This document shows positions 38,901 to 51,868 of a stretch of DNA of 64,000 nt, piece after piece. Position 1 is the stretch's first letter; every line of letters begins with the position of its first letter. Source of the DNA: Tubiluchus corallicola (Eukaryota; Animalia; Priapulida). The position numbers and the translations under genes are program-made. The notes beneath the pieces were generated by a model, which was not told the DNA's origin, made no database searches, and saw nothing but the letters and a program-made list of their open reading frames with translations. The DNA is taken from contig JAQGDQ010000430.1 of NCBI GenBank assembly GCA_030141605.1, positions 135,128-199,127 of the forward strand, read 5' to 3'.

Positions 38901-40955
38901 TTACAGTATTTTGTTGAATTTGTAAGCGCATTCAAATCTGCTAAAAGCTGATCGGTAATGGGAAGACGGGGAAAACGACTTTACCAAATAAAAATGGTAG
39001 CGAGCACCCACTTAAGAAAAGACATTGGGTGTGTTGGTAGTATGCTCAGCATTCTTCACTATCAAACACTATAGGTGGGAAAGGTCCAACCATGAACACT
39101 GTACTCCTTAGCTGAGAAACTGCTTCATTCCTTCATTCCTTCATTCCATTAACCTTGCAATTTCTTTTTTACTTTAAGTACTTTTATTTTCTACCTCTCT
39201 ACTTTCTACCGCAGGCATTAGTCAGTGAATGAATTGTGTTAGAGTAACTTAACTTTATTTTTTCTGTCATTTGGCTTTGTGTCAGACAATATGTAAGTTT
39301 GCAATTTAGTATTTGTCTTGTTTACTTGTTACAATGTTGATTTCTGAATTATTATTTTTACACTGTATTTTTATTTATTGCGTGAACATGACCTTGTAAT
39401 TATAGAAACGTTGCAAATGTTGAGTCTGAATAAAAGTCACGTCTTTGCTTAAATATGTCAGAATATGAGTGACGAATGCACTATTCTCACCAAGCCGTTT
39501 CCTCAAGGATCAATTTTGTGACTGTCAATGAAAAACTTATCAGATGATGGCGAGCTCAGTAGAATGAATGAGGCTGACAGCAACAGCAAAGCGATTGACA
39601 GGCCCTTTTCAAATTTTATAGTGTCCTGATCCGGACGACTTACTCCGGGATTATTCCCGAATGAAAAGTGTCAAAAAACGGAACTCGCAGTCTCGTCTTC
39701 CGTCCATAATTTTCCTTGCCCCCAATTTGCGCGAACAATGTGCTCTGACCTGCTACGCAAATGAGTTTTGACAGCAGAAAACTCTTCCGCCAAGGAAACC
39801 ATGTTGACAAGAAGGCGTATTCATTCCAGGGGTGTGTAAGTTTAAACTTATATTGCTCGCAGCCTTACTTTTAACATTTTTAATTTCCAAATATTACTTC
39901 AGCTTCAGTTGGCAATTAGCAAAGTTTATGCACTGTTGTTGCTGATTTTCTGCTAACGAGTAATAATAAGGAACCCATGTTTGCTCCCCGTGTTTAGATC
40001 AGCCTATCTCACGCCATAACTCTATATATCCGAGACTGTGCGCATGTACACCCCGGGGAATCCGGCAAGCAATTTAAATGCAAATGAGTTCGTGTTTACA
40101 GCGGTACAATACTAGTAACACAATCAACGTGTAATCGAAAAGCAAGCAGTTTGCGGCGCAGCAACGCTTGAAGCCGTGAAGCCAGTGGAAAGACGGCAAG
40201 AGTAAATAGAGGCTCCCCTCTCTGGGCTATAATAAAGCGCAAGAATTATTGAAGGTGTGAAGTGGGTTAACGCTGAGCGCCAATGAAAGAAGCGATAAAA
40301 GAGCAAACAAGAATTGGCGTGTCAGCATAAGATTTGATCGATTAAAGCTGCCTGGTTGTTCTCCGTTCAAGAGGTTTATAATGACTCTGCCACTTAAAAA
40401 AGCGTATTTTGTCTTGTATGCAAACACAAGCAATCTTGCTTCAAATTACTTAAAATTTTGCAAGTGATTTCTTTGTGACAACATCTTTTTACCGTTATGT
40501 ATTCACTCTGTCTCCCAACAAATTATTATTATTATTATAACTCTTTTATTAATCTCTTTTTGCAGGTGTACAAGGAATCAGTTCAATGTAATACATCTAA
40601 AGGAAATTACAATTATACATTATGACACAAGTAACAAAAGTACAACTAGATCCAAAAACAAGTCACACAAAAAGACATTATAAATAATTGTACACAATGG
40701 TAAGAACAAGCTGACACACAATACTCAGATGTTGTTTGTACATATTAATACAATATAATAATATAATACAATAATATAAATAATTACACAAAATACAACA
40801 TTCACGTACAAACTATATAAATAATCACAACTAGAACTAGTAGCAATTATGGTTCAGAAAGTTTGCCCATATTTATGTTAAGCTTACTCTGCATCGTTAT
40901 AATTATAACAAAATAGATAAACTTATTTATCTTACTGTTTTTACACACTGTATAT

Positions 40956-41146
40956 GTCATGGAAATGGAAGTGCTGGGAAATAGAAGAAGAGGACGACCG
41001 AAGCGAAGATGGATTGAATGTATTAATGGAGACCTTAGAAAGAAGAACATAAATGAAGAGATGGTCAACAACAGGAATGCGTGGAGAAGACTCATTCACA
41101 ACGGCGACCCCGCATAGGGAAAAGCTGGGAAGAAAAAGAAGAAGAT
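40956..41146 (+). mobile_element. 5'-truncated RTE (BovB/Expander-like) LINE 3' end
   Basis: Uninterrupted frame VMEMEVLGNRRRGRPKRRWIECINGDLRKKNINEEMVNNRNAWRRLIHNGDPA* (stop 41115-41117), a very short 3' UTR GGGAAAAGCTGG and a GAA-rich tail; typical RTE C-terminus. Confidence 0.9.
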
Positions 41147-41391
41147 TATGCGAGAATTCTACAACACAAAAGTATGAAGGAACGCGAAATGTTTACGTGA
41201 AAGCGTATCTGAGAATATGAGAATACGAGGATACAAGAGAATCTGAGAGAATAATCTTCAGCGGCCAGCTCCGCCTTATATATGAGTGCCAGGGAATAAT
41301 CTAGAAATAGAAACTTCTACAAGGTAAGAAGATTGTTCTACTATAGAACATTCTACAATATTCTATTTAATTCTAGTGGATCTCCACAACA
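41147..41391 (-). mobile_element. Possible LTR fragment
   Basis: Minus strand starts TGTTGTGG, with clustered TAGAA/TTCTA motifs followed by TATATAAGG, a layout common in invertebrate LTRs. It may continue past the RTE insertion to ...CTTAACA at ~40876. No TSD found. Confidence 0.35.
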
Positions 41392-41561
41392 AGGCAGTAA
41401 TTTTAAACACTGCCATATTAAACGCTCTTTGTTCTCCATAATAAAGAGGCGCAGAGAATAATTTCCGCTACCCGCCTTTGCAATAACTCAGCGGCCAGTA
41501 AAGAACCAGGGGGTAACTTATTGCTGGCTTGTTTCCAGGAAATTGTGACGTGTAACATTCA

Positions 41562-41580
41562 TGCGCCCCCTAGAGGCGCT
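41562..41580 (-). promoter_or_regulatory. CTCF-like motif
   Basis: Reverse complement AGCGCCTCTAGGGGGCGCA is close to the bilaterian CTCF core CCNNNAG(G/A)(G/T)GGCGC; motif only, no binding evidence. Confidence 0.35.
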
Positions 41581-41804
41581 GTTGGTAGACCCTACCATCC
41601 TCACTGACTCAACCTCCAGTGTCATTATTTTTAGTTTAGAACCTGCTGGTATTAGATAATGAATTGATTAAGTACAGAAAATCACTTAATATATTTACTT
41701 CAGAAGTATTTGCGTAAGATTTGAGTAGCCTTATCTAATTTCATCATTCCAGACAGCATCACTACTATCACAACATTCTCGCCGCTATTCTAATGTCGTC
41801 ATCT

Positions 41805-41844
41805 TCGTTGTTTTTGTTGTTGTTGTTGTTGCTGCTGTTGCTGC

Positions 41845-41884
<40 letters not shown>

Positions 41885-41991
41885 CTGATAATAGTGATGT
41901 CTATGTTGTTGTTGTTGTTGCTGCTGTTGTTGTGATAATAGTGATGTCTATGTTGTTGTTGTTGTTGCTGTTGTTGCTGTTGTTGTTGTTC

Positions 41992-42023
<32 letters not shown>

Positions 42024-42034
42024 GATGATGATGT

Positions 42035-42129
<95 letters not shown>

Positions 42130-42174
42130 CTGCTGCTGCTGCTGCTACTGCTGCTGTTTTTCTTCTTCTTCTTC
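41805..42174. repeat. Compound (TTG)n-(ATG)n-(CTG)n-(TTC)n microsatellite
   Basis: Consecutive trinucleotide blocks; internal duplication of TGATAATAGTGATGTCTATG. Confidence 0.97.
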
Positions 42175-43284
42175 AAAGTGGGGAACATGTTTTATGAAGA
42201 TGTATTACTCCTGATTTAAAACATGCCTTTAACTTGAACTTTGATACATATGTGACTTGTTTAAATATGATTATATCTTGTCTGCTCTTATATTTATAAC
42301 AGTCTTAATCGCATTAATTGGTATTATCATAGTTAAGCTAGTTATGCTCATTTTTCTATACTCATATTATAGGCCTATTTTGATTAGATATTTTACTGTA
42401 TTTTATTGATAATTTTATATGAGGTAAAAAAATTTAATAACATCAATTCAATAATCTTATGATTGCCGCTGTCGCCATCGCTAGTCATCATCATTACCTT
42501 CATCAGGCCTATATAATCCCAACAGACATTGAGGTTTTTTAACGCATTATTAAGATTATGCAAAGAAATCATAGTTTTTATTAAATGAAAAATACTTATA
42601 TATTAAATAACTTGCCTTTTTATGGCAAATTTCGAACACGTGCAATACGCCTTTTTTGGCGCGAGTGAGCGTGAATGACGTACGAAATGCAGAAAGCGTC
42701 CTTGGTGACCTCGTGACTGTACTCATAACGTCATTCGTCTCTCGCGCAACAAAAAATGGCGGTTCTTCAAATTTAATGCCGCTCACAACGAAGTGATAAA
42801 AATCAAAAGAAACAAGCTTTACTGTAAATTTATAATAAAATAAATTTAATATTCGTAATACGAGTTGAATTTTAAGTTGTAAAAGCTTAATATAGTGAGG
42901 GTTTAGTTTGACTTTAACTTTAAATTTTAGACAAACTAGTACAAAAACCATTTTCTGTTAGTCTGTCAATTGCCTCTAAATAATGAAGTAATAAAAACCA
43001 GCGAGTAAGAGAGACTTTGATGCAGATAATCTCTCTTAGAAGTAGAGAACAAAAAACAAGTTTGCTCTTTGCTTTTGTGGTGAGAGTCGTATTTGTCGAA
43101 TAAAGAAATCAAAGGTGCACTATGACTATACTAACTTCAGTAAGGTAGTAATCAAAGCTTATAGGTAAATCATCAAAAGACATGCAACGCGTCTTTCAAA
43201 ACAGGATATTACAAAGCTTACAAGTTTAAACACCTCAAATGCCACGATAAACAGTGATCAAATGCCACGATCAAGTGACAATCT

Positions 43285-43894
43285 TTAATGGAAGACAGGG
43301 TGGCTTTTCACTTACTCCCCTATTTTCAAGTTCGATAAAAATATACATTTTAACACAATTAATACTGCATAATTATAATAACAGATCAAACTCTTAATTA
43401 ACGGCGGGCAAGCCCAACTATTGTTGACATCACAAACTGACATAATTTTCAACAGCAAAAATATTCCATGTGCGTGTTGCACGTGTTTGCAAAAGCGAAA
43501 ATTAAAGTACAGTGCTATTGTAAGCTATTTGTTGTACTAAAAACAAACAAGTTTTAAAACAAAAATTCAAATTTTAATTTTACCACTGTGCTCACGCATG
43601 AGTTTTCGAACGTGTGCAGTTCGTCACAAACTAACACAAACTGAACTGAGAGGTACAGCACCTGTTTTTTGTGCAATGTGTTTCCGAAATGCAGGCGCTA
43701 TTGCTCGTCTAACCAGCGAACGACGAAATGCATATAACAGCGAAGAACTAGTGGCGCGAACACGAAATTGTATTTGTGTGGTAATAATTCTTTCGCGTAA
43801 GTCATTTTTCAAAAAAATAGTATGTTTCCTTTCAATATTTTAAAGAGGAGATCATTTTGACCTACAATTTAAAACTGGTCGGGTTTTGCTTTAA
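43285..43894 (+). mobile_element. Kolobok-type MITE, full length
   Basis: TTAA|TGGAAGACAGG ... CGGGTTTTGCT|TTAA; the body most closely resembles the 21.5-kb copy. Confidence 0.85.
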
Positions 43895-45022
43895 TCGATG
43901 TTCCATGGGATCATAGACAATAGCGTTTACAACATGACAGTGAACGTAATTGTTGTTTTCGTCGCTGCTCACAACTGCCTGCTTTAAGTTGAGCGAAGTA
44001 ATCTAATTTTTCACTGCATCTAAACTTTTTTCATCGCTTCTCATCACTTCCCTGACAAGATATTTTAAGCAGGTCAGCCATTTTAATTGACATCCGCGAG
44101 TGAATGACAGACGCGCTGCTACGGCAACGATACAAAATTTGAAGTCGGTAAGCCCAGAGCTGATATCGATATCCGTTGACCATGACAGTTTAATAAACAC
44201 GTCTTCACTAAAACCGTCTTGTAAGCTTGTCTACGCAGAAACGTCGACTAAGCATGTCAACACTGAGACGGTTCATTAAATCTACTTACACGGGTATGTT
44301 TGCTAGGACGTGTACGTGTTAATTTTGATTTTTTCTGGCATAAAGTTTCAAAGCTCCACTTAAAATGGTAAACCGCAACATGTTTTCATTTGCTTAAATT
44401 ATTATCAAATTCATTATGTAACAAATTTATCTGATTTGGCTACAATTTCTTCTACTATGCCGCCTAGTTTTATTTTTCATGCGTCGCAGCTTTTAATTAC
44501 CTGAAAGCTTTTGCTTATCCAAAGAAAACTAGCCATCTGCCATCTCAATTTAAATCGTTCTTTCAAGACAAAGTAGCAAAATTTTACTTTAACTTCAATT
44601 TAAAATTTCAGTTAGAATTTTCTACTGCTCTTATAACGTGTGGCAGTTGCAAAGAATTCATAAATGTAAAGCGTTATAACTCTTTACGCCTACCCTGCTC
44701 CTGATTTAACATGGCAAGACCCCTAAAGATTTATGAATATTGAAAGTTAAAGCTATGATGTTCAAGCTTCCTTTACGACGTCTTTTTAATATAAAAACGG
44801 TACGCATGATGTGTTATAGGCGACGCGTTTACCATTATAGCCGTGTAAAATATGTATTAAGATTGTTATGGGTGGATTTATGATGTTTCCTGCTCACTGG
44901 CTTCATCGGGGAGGCGGAGTTAATACTGATGACGTAGATTAAGAAGCTTTGAACAGAATTGTGTTACTGTTTATGTAAAACAAACGTGCTAACTTTTAAC
45001 AATTTCACCAATGATGGTAAAA

Positions 45023-45646
45023 TTACATATTTTAGAACGTCCCAGACAAAGGGAACGTTACTAAACGTCTTTCAGTTACATGTTTTAGTTACGTCCCAGA
45101 CAAAGGGGACGCTACTAAACGACTTTCAGTTACATATTTTAGTAACGTCCCAGACAAAGGGGACGCTACTAAACGTCGTTCAGTTACATATTTTAGAACG
45201 TCCTAGACAAAGGGGACGTTACTAAACGTCTTTCAGTTACATATTTTAGTAACGTCCCAGACAAAGGAGACGTTACTAAACGTCTTTCAGTTACATATTT
45301 TAGTAACGTCCCAGACAAAAGAGACGTTACTAAACGTCTTTCAGTTACATATTTTAGTAACGTCCCAGACAAAGGGGACGTTACTAAACGTCTTTCAGTT
45401 ACATATTTTAGTTACGTCCCAGACAAAGGGGACGCTACTAAACGTCATTCAGTTACATATTTTAGAACGTCCCAGACAAAGGGGACGTTACTAAACGTCT
45501 TTCAGTTACACATTTTAGTAACGTCCCAGACAAAGGGGACGTTACTAAACGTCTTTCAGTTACATATTTTAGTTACGTCCCAGACAAAGGGGACGTTACT
45601 AAACGTCTTTCAGTTACATATTCTAGAACGTCCCAGACAAAGGGGA
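45023..45646. repeat. 53-54-bp minisatellite, ~12 units, each with a 14-bp inverted repeat
   Basis: Unit ACGTCCCAGACAAAGGGGACGTTACTAAACGTCTTTCAGTTACATATTTTAGTA, starting at ~45037, 45091, 45145 ... 45628. TTTAGTAACGTCCC is the exact reverse complement of GGGACGTTACTAAA. Confidence 0.97.
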
Positions 45647-46184
45647 TACCAAAAATAGGTCAAAAACGATTGAAAATTCTTAGGAAAACTGATAATAATA
45701 ATTAAATAATAATAATAATAATATAATTAGAATAAATAATAAATATTTTTTTATATTTATAACAATCACAGATTTTTGCTAGTACTGTCACGTATGAATC
45801 CTATAATGAAAGTAAGTTCTGTACTTAATACTTACAAAACATAAGACAATCAATTTTATGTTTTGCATGCGATCTGCATTATTAATTCCGTTTTCATGTT
45901 TCACGTTTCGGTTGGCTTCAAAAATTTAATTATTACGGAATCGTACTCAAAAACCCAAACTTGAACTGTTCAGGAGAAAAGGCGAAAAAGATCATTTTAA
46001 AAGGGTTTAAAAACATGATTTTTATGCTGAAATGAAATGATCTAACCTAATTTAGAAAAAAATAATAGATTTTCCTAAATCTGGAAACGAACCTGTAATA
46101 TAATTCTACCTAGTAAGCAATATCTAGTGACGTTTAGATCAAAATAGAAAGTTGGACTGTTTTTCATCTAAACTGAAAAGCTAT

Positions 46185-46408
46185 TTAACTCATTCAGTGT
46201 GATTAGGCTGATAACTATTTTTTCTCTGCTCCTCTAAATTCCATTTCCCATAGTTAAAACGAAATCGTGCAGATCTGAAAATCAATGAAAAGACAAATTG
46301 CATCTTTAGTTCTCAGTCTATGATGTTAATAATGTGAACCTAATCACTTTTATGATTAGTTTCCAAACTACTTCACCAGACTAGTCCCGTGCGTGTTGAA
46401 AGAGTTAA
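46185..46408. mobile_element. Short TTAA-flanked piggyBac-like MITE
   Basis: TTAA|CTCATTCA ... TGAAAGAG|TTAA (TIR CTC(A/T)TTCA, TTAA on both sides, 216 bp between). Confidence 0.5.
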
Positions 46409-46645
46409 GCGGATTTCTACAGGTAAATGCTTATCAGTGATGTCATTGTGGATTAAGGTAGCCTTCACTTCACACAACCGCCAGGGGCATCACAATAATA
46501 AAATCAAAATCTGCGTGATCAACTGAAATTTACAGCTGGAACACAGAAATATAGTTATTGCACAGTATATGTGCAATAATATAGTTATAGAAATATAGTT
46601 ATAGAAATATAACTATCACAGAAATATAGTTATAGTAAAATGGTA

Positions 46646-46727
46646 CGACGAGGATGGGATTCGAACCCACGCGGGCAGAGCCCAATGGATTAGCAGTCCA
46701 TCGCCTTAACCACTCGGCCACCTCGTC
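46646..46727 (-). tRNA. tRNA-Ser: tRNA-Ser (GCT)
   Basis: Reverse complement GACGAGGTGGCCGAGTGGTTAAGGCGATGGACTGCTAATCCATTGGGCTCTGCCCGCGTGGGTTCGAATCCCATCCTCGTCG (82 nt): full cloverleaf, GCT anticodon, long variable arm (GGGC-TCT-GCCC), G73, and TTTT 5 nt downstream. Confidence 0.97.
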
Positions 46728-47929
46728 AAGGTGTTCACGTAAGTTGTTCTACCAGTTCATATCATAATCACAATCACATCATTCACATGTCGAATAAGAA
46801 ATACACGCTTTTGTTACTTCCTCTTGAAATTGCCTGGTTTTGCAGTCTTATGCTTTTCAGTTGAATAAACTTTTATGATGGATGATGATGATGGTAAGTC
46901 TCTATTAGCCTCTTTTTGCAGGCAAAAATTTTTGTACAAACATTATGTAATTTTACATAGACACTCGAGTGAATTCTACAATATTTCATGTTACGCATCC
47001 TGTAATTAGCTTTTTTAATTTGCGCGTATAACATTATTTACAGTGACGTTAAACAAGGAGAATTAAAGTGAGTGCTAAAATGAAGGTTATTACTGAAACA
47101 AGTTTCCTGTCTAGTAACATAAAAAATGCAAATAAATTAATATACTAAATTATTAAATTCCCAATTCAATATTTAAGTCCACAAAGAGTTACAACCAATA
47201 AACTCAAAAACTACACAAATTTATTCCTTATTTTACTAAAATTTAGCAGCAAGATCTTAAAATGAAAGGGTCATTTACAAAATAGGTTAACGCCAATAAT
47301 AAATTTATATTTTAAATTTTGATGATGTAAAATTTGTAAAATTTGTGATGGACTTGCGGAATACAACATCAAAGAGTATTTAAACATGTTTTTACGGACA
47401 CTGGCTTAAAGCAATGAATTGTTTGGTTTAGTCGAGACTCTAACGTGATGGAGAAGCCAAGAAAAAGTCTTTATCCACATACACTTTGATCTAATAAGCA
47501 TATTGGATAGGCATATAAAAGTATTATTAGGTAAGACGTCACACTAACACACTAAAGTTGAGAGACGAAAAGAAATCACTGCAACAAATGACTATACAGT
47601 ACATAATATACGCCATTATAATAAAAATTCTGTATTAAAATTGGTAATTTTTCATATAATTTATTTTCTTATGCGCTTTTATATAGCCATTACTTATATA
47701 GTGATAAACAAAAAGTATATCTACTGGCATAAACGCAATTTCCGTGATTCCTACAAGACCTACAAACCTATAATGAATACATGATGCAAAAAAGGAGATT
47801 TTATGATTAATTTTATGACTGACGTGCGTGTGCGAGCTCCTAGCTGCACCTGCACATACTGAACCTGATGACGTGTTTACTATGGCTAATTAGCAAATAA
47901 TTGGCCTGTTCGAGTGATCAAACAATGCC

Positions 47930-49420
47930 ACGTGTCTCCCACGATTTATAAATTAACATTTATGCGCCCCAGGATAAAGCCAAAATGAATGCGTAATCAA
48001 CGCTTATAGTGCAAGATTGCAGCATTTGCAGGTCTATACGTATGCACGAGAAAAAGAGAATTATCGCCTTGAATAATAAATGGAAAAAGTAGTACACGGT
48101 GTTCCAAAAGAGCAGTGTCTTCCAGAATTTATAAATTAACATTTCTGCGCCCCAGGATAAAGCCAAAATGAAAGCATAATCAACGCTTATAACGCAAGAT
48201 TGCAGCATTTGCAGGTCTATGCGTATGCACGAGAAAAAGAGATTTATCGCCTTGAATAATAAACGAAAAACGAAAAGTAGTACACGGTGTTCCAAAAAAT
48301 ACAGTGTCTTCTACAATTTGTAAATTAACTATTATGCCCCGAGATAAAGCCCAAACGAATGCGCAAATATGCGTATCATGCAAGATTGCAGCTTTTGCAG
48401 GTCTATACGTATGTACAAAAAGAAGAGAATTATTGTGTTGAATAATAAATGAAAAAAGTAGTACACGTTGTTCCAAAAGAGGCAGTGTCTTCCATGATTT
48501 ATAAACTAACTACTATGTGCCCAGAATAAAACTAAAATGAATGCGTAATCAACGCTTATAATGCAATATTGCAGCTTTTGTAGACGTATGCGTATGTACG
48601 AATAAAGAAAATTATCGCCTTAAATAATGAATAAAAAAAGTAGTACACGGTGTTCCAAAAGAAACAGTGTCGTCCACAATTTATAAATTAACTATTGCGC
48701 CCAAAGAAAAGCCAAAATGAATGCGTAAACACGCGTATAATGCAAGATTGCAGCTTTTGCACGTCTATACGTATGTACGAAAAAAGAGAATTATTGTGTT
48801 CGTGTGAATAACTATGGAAAAAGAAGTGTAGTGTAGGGTGTTCCAAAAGAAACAAAGTCTCCCACGATTTAAAAATTAACTAATATGTGCCCAGAATAAA
48901 ACTAAAATGAATGCGTAATCAACACTTATAATGCAATATTGCAGCTTTTGCACGTCTGCACGTATGTACGAAAAAAAGAATTATCGTGTTGAATAATAAA
49001 TGAAAAGTAGTACACGGTGTTTCAAAAGAAACTGTCTTCCACGATTTATAAATTAACATTTATGCGCGCCCGAGATAAAACTAGAATGAATGTGTAATCA
49101 CGCTTACAGAGTAAGATTGCAACATTTGCAAGTCTATAGGTACATACAAGAGGAAGAGAATTCACGCTTTGATTAATGAACGAAAAAACGAAATGTAGTA
49201 CAAGGTGTTCCCAAAGAAACAGAGTCTCCTTCTATTTAGAAATTACCGTTTACGCGGGCCGGATAAAACTAATATGAATGCATATTCAATACTAGTAGTA
49301 CAAGATCGCAGCTCTTGCAGGTATATACGCATACACGACTAGAAGAGAATTAGCGCGCTGAATTATGTACATGAAGAAGGAAAAATAACTAGCACATGGT
49401 GTTCAAAAGAAACAGTGCAC
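47930..49420. repeat. ~180-190-bp satellite-like tandem array, ~8 diverged units
   Basis: Recurring ATTTATAAATTAAC...GATAAAGCCAAAATGAATGCGTAATC...GCAAGATTGCAGC...AGTAGTACACGGTGTTCCAAAAGA at ~47945, 48128, 48318, 48498, 48680, 48868, 49046 and 49235. Confidence 0.95.
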
Positions 49421-50372
49421 TAGAAACATGCTTACATACTGAAAATGTAGGAGAAAATGTTTCAAAATGAACTTGGACACCTGCGTTATGACATCATAAA
49501 GACGTAAAAAATCTTATGTTGAAATAATACATATAACATGTATAACCACACTTACTATAATGTAATATTGCTGCAGTATACTTATATGCATTAATCCGAC
49601 CAATATTTCTTTCCGTACACCGTGTAATTACGCCCATTCAAAAGGCTCTTTGCTTAATACAATATATTCGTTTATATTTAGCACAAACAATACAATCACA
49701 TTAGTGAATTAGTACAAAAAAACACAACATTCGGTTGGTAAACCAAAATTTTGTAAAAAGAGTTTTAAATTTGCATTCAAACGTGAAACGAATTGTCATA
49801 CTTCTCGACTGGTCCTAGCATTTTGTCCATTAACTTAATCACGTCCCTTAATTTATTACGTTGGTATTCTTTATGTTCTTGACCTAATGTCTTCCAACCA
49901 CTTTGTACTATGTTCAAAGCTTTTATTGGTAGCCATGGTAAACCATGGTTGGTATAACTTCATCATCACTTATTCCTTCAATACACATTGAGTATCGGCT
50001 CATTTCGCCAAAGCGCATTTCGTCATCTAAACATTTTGCTGTCATTAACAACAATAGTCCAGTGTACAGCTGATCTTCTGCATAAATGCTGATGATAATT
50101 AAACGCTAACAGTTTGTGACGTGTTTATTTTCGCGTAACGAGCGCATAATATTTTCATTATTAAAATCGCTCAAGCGGCCAAGCCCTATAATCTCTGAAT
50201 CCGGACTTCTTTCAGGGCTTATAGGAAGCATGTCAACAAGGCGAGTGAAGACGTTGTCAAGCCTAGTAATCAGCGAAGCTTAAACACTTGCTGGCTTCAT
50301 CAACAACCATCACAATTGAAAATAGGGGCAAATAGAGGAACAATTACTTGTATATATATTTGGCTTTAAAAA

Positions 50373-50652
<280 letters not shown>

Positions 50653-51380
50653 TTGAAACTGACTCACGGTAAATTTATAAATTTTTCCATGCGAAACTTA
50701 CCAACTTACCGTAATATGAAGTAGGTCTGCCATAAACTTATACATACATTCTTAATTCTAGGTTGAATCACTGCATACTGCAGGTTGAAACTCTAGCAAA
50801 AAAGCTGTACCTAGAAAGATTTTCATTATATCTTATTTTTCTCTCCTTTCTTCTAGGTCTTACTAAGTTTATTCTCTTCCATTTTTGCGCGTTCTTGTCC
50901 GTATCTAGTGGACATAATTTCATTTTAGCAAGACTTGCCGAACAAGCAGTTACACTTCTGGCATTGTGAGCTGTGTATTTAGTTGGTGGATGTGTGCAAA
51001 ATAAAGCATTCTTGTCTTTTTATTATTTCTTTCTTTCTTCTTCTTCTTCTTCTTTCTTTTTTCTTCCTTTCTTCTTCTGCTGCTGCCGCTTTTTTTCGAG
51101 GCATACCACGTAGTAACATAATAATCTACACATTTAGCCGATTAACTGTATTATGTATATGTGTGTTATGAATTATAATATATACAATGTATTTAATAGT
51201 TTGAATTTAATTAATTAAAATTGTTTTTTTAACATTTGCTCCTAAAATGTCAAAGTAAAGTAACCTTTCGCACCCCTTTCTAATTCCGTGCCCACGAGAT
51301 CAAAGAAAACGTCTGTAAAATAGATCAAAATGTTTATATACATAATAGTTTGTTATTTGTTGTAGCGTATAGTTAACTGC

Positions 51381-51555
<175 letters not shown>

Positions 51556-51868
51556 TTAAGAAACTATGTACAATATACATTACCTCTATTTGCGTCGACA
51601 ACTATTAGTTAACTACTAATTTTATCATATTATTTTTCTCTAACATATATCCCTTATTGCGTAGTTGTTGTACTTGTACTTGTACTTGAGATGATGAACA
51701 ATAGAATGGCAGGTGCTTACGTTACGAAATTTACCTCGTTTTATTGTTCATCTTATCAAATGATGAATTTTACGTTTGTACGTAATTTGGAAGACAGCTT
51801 CTGTTTAGTTTGTTTCTGGTGTAAGTGTTCTTGGTTCACTGTGGGGTTAGGAAAGGTGCCCCCAAAAT

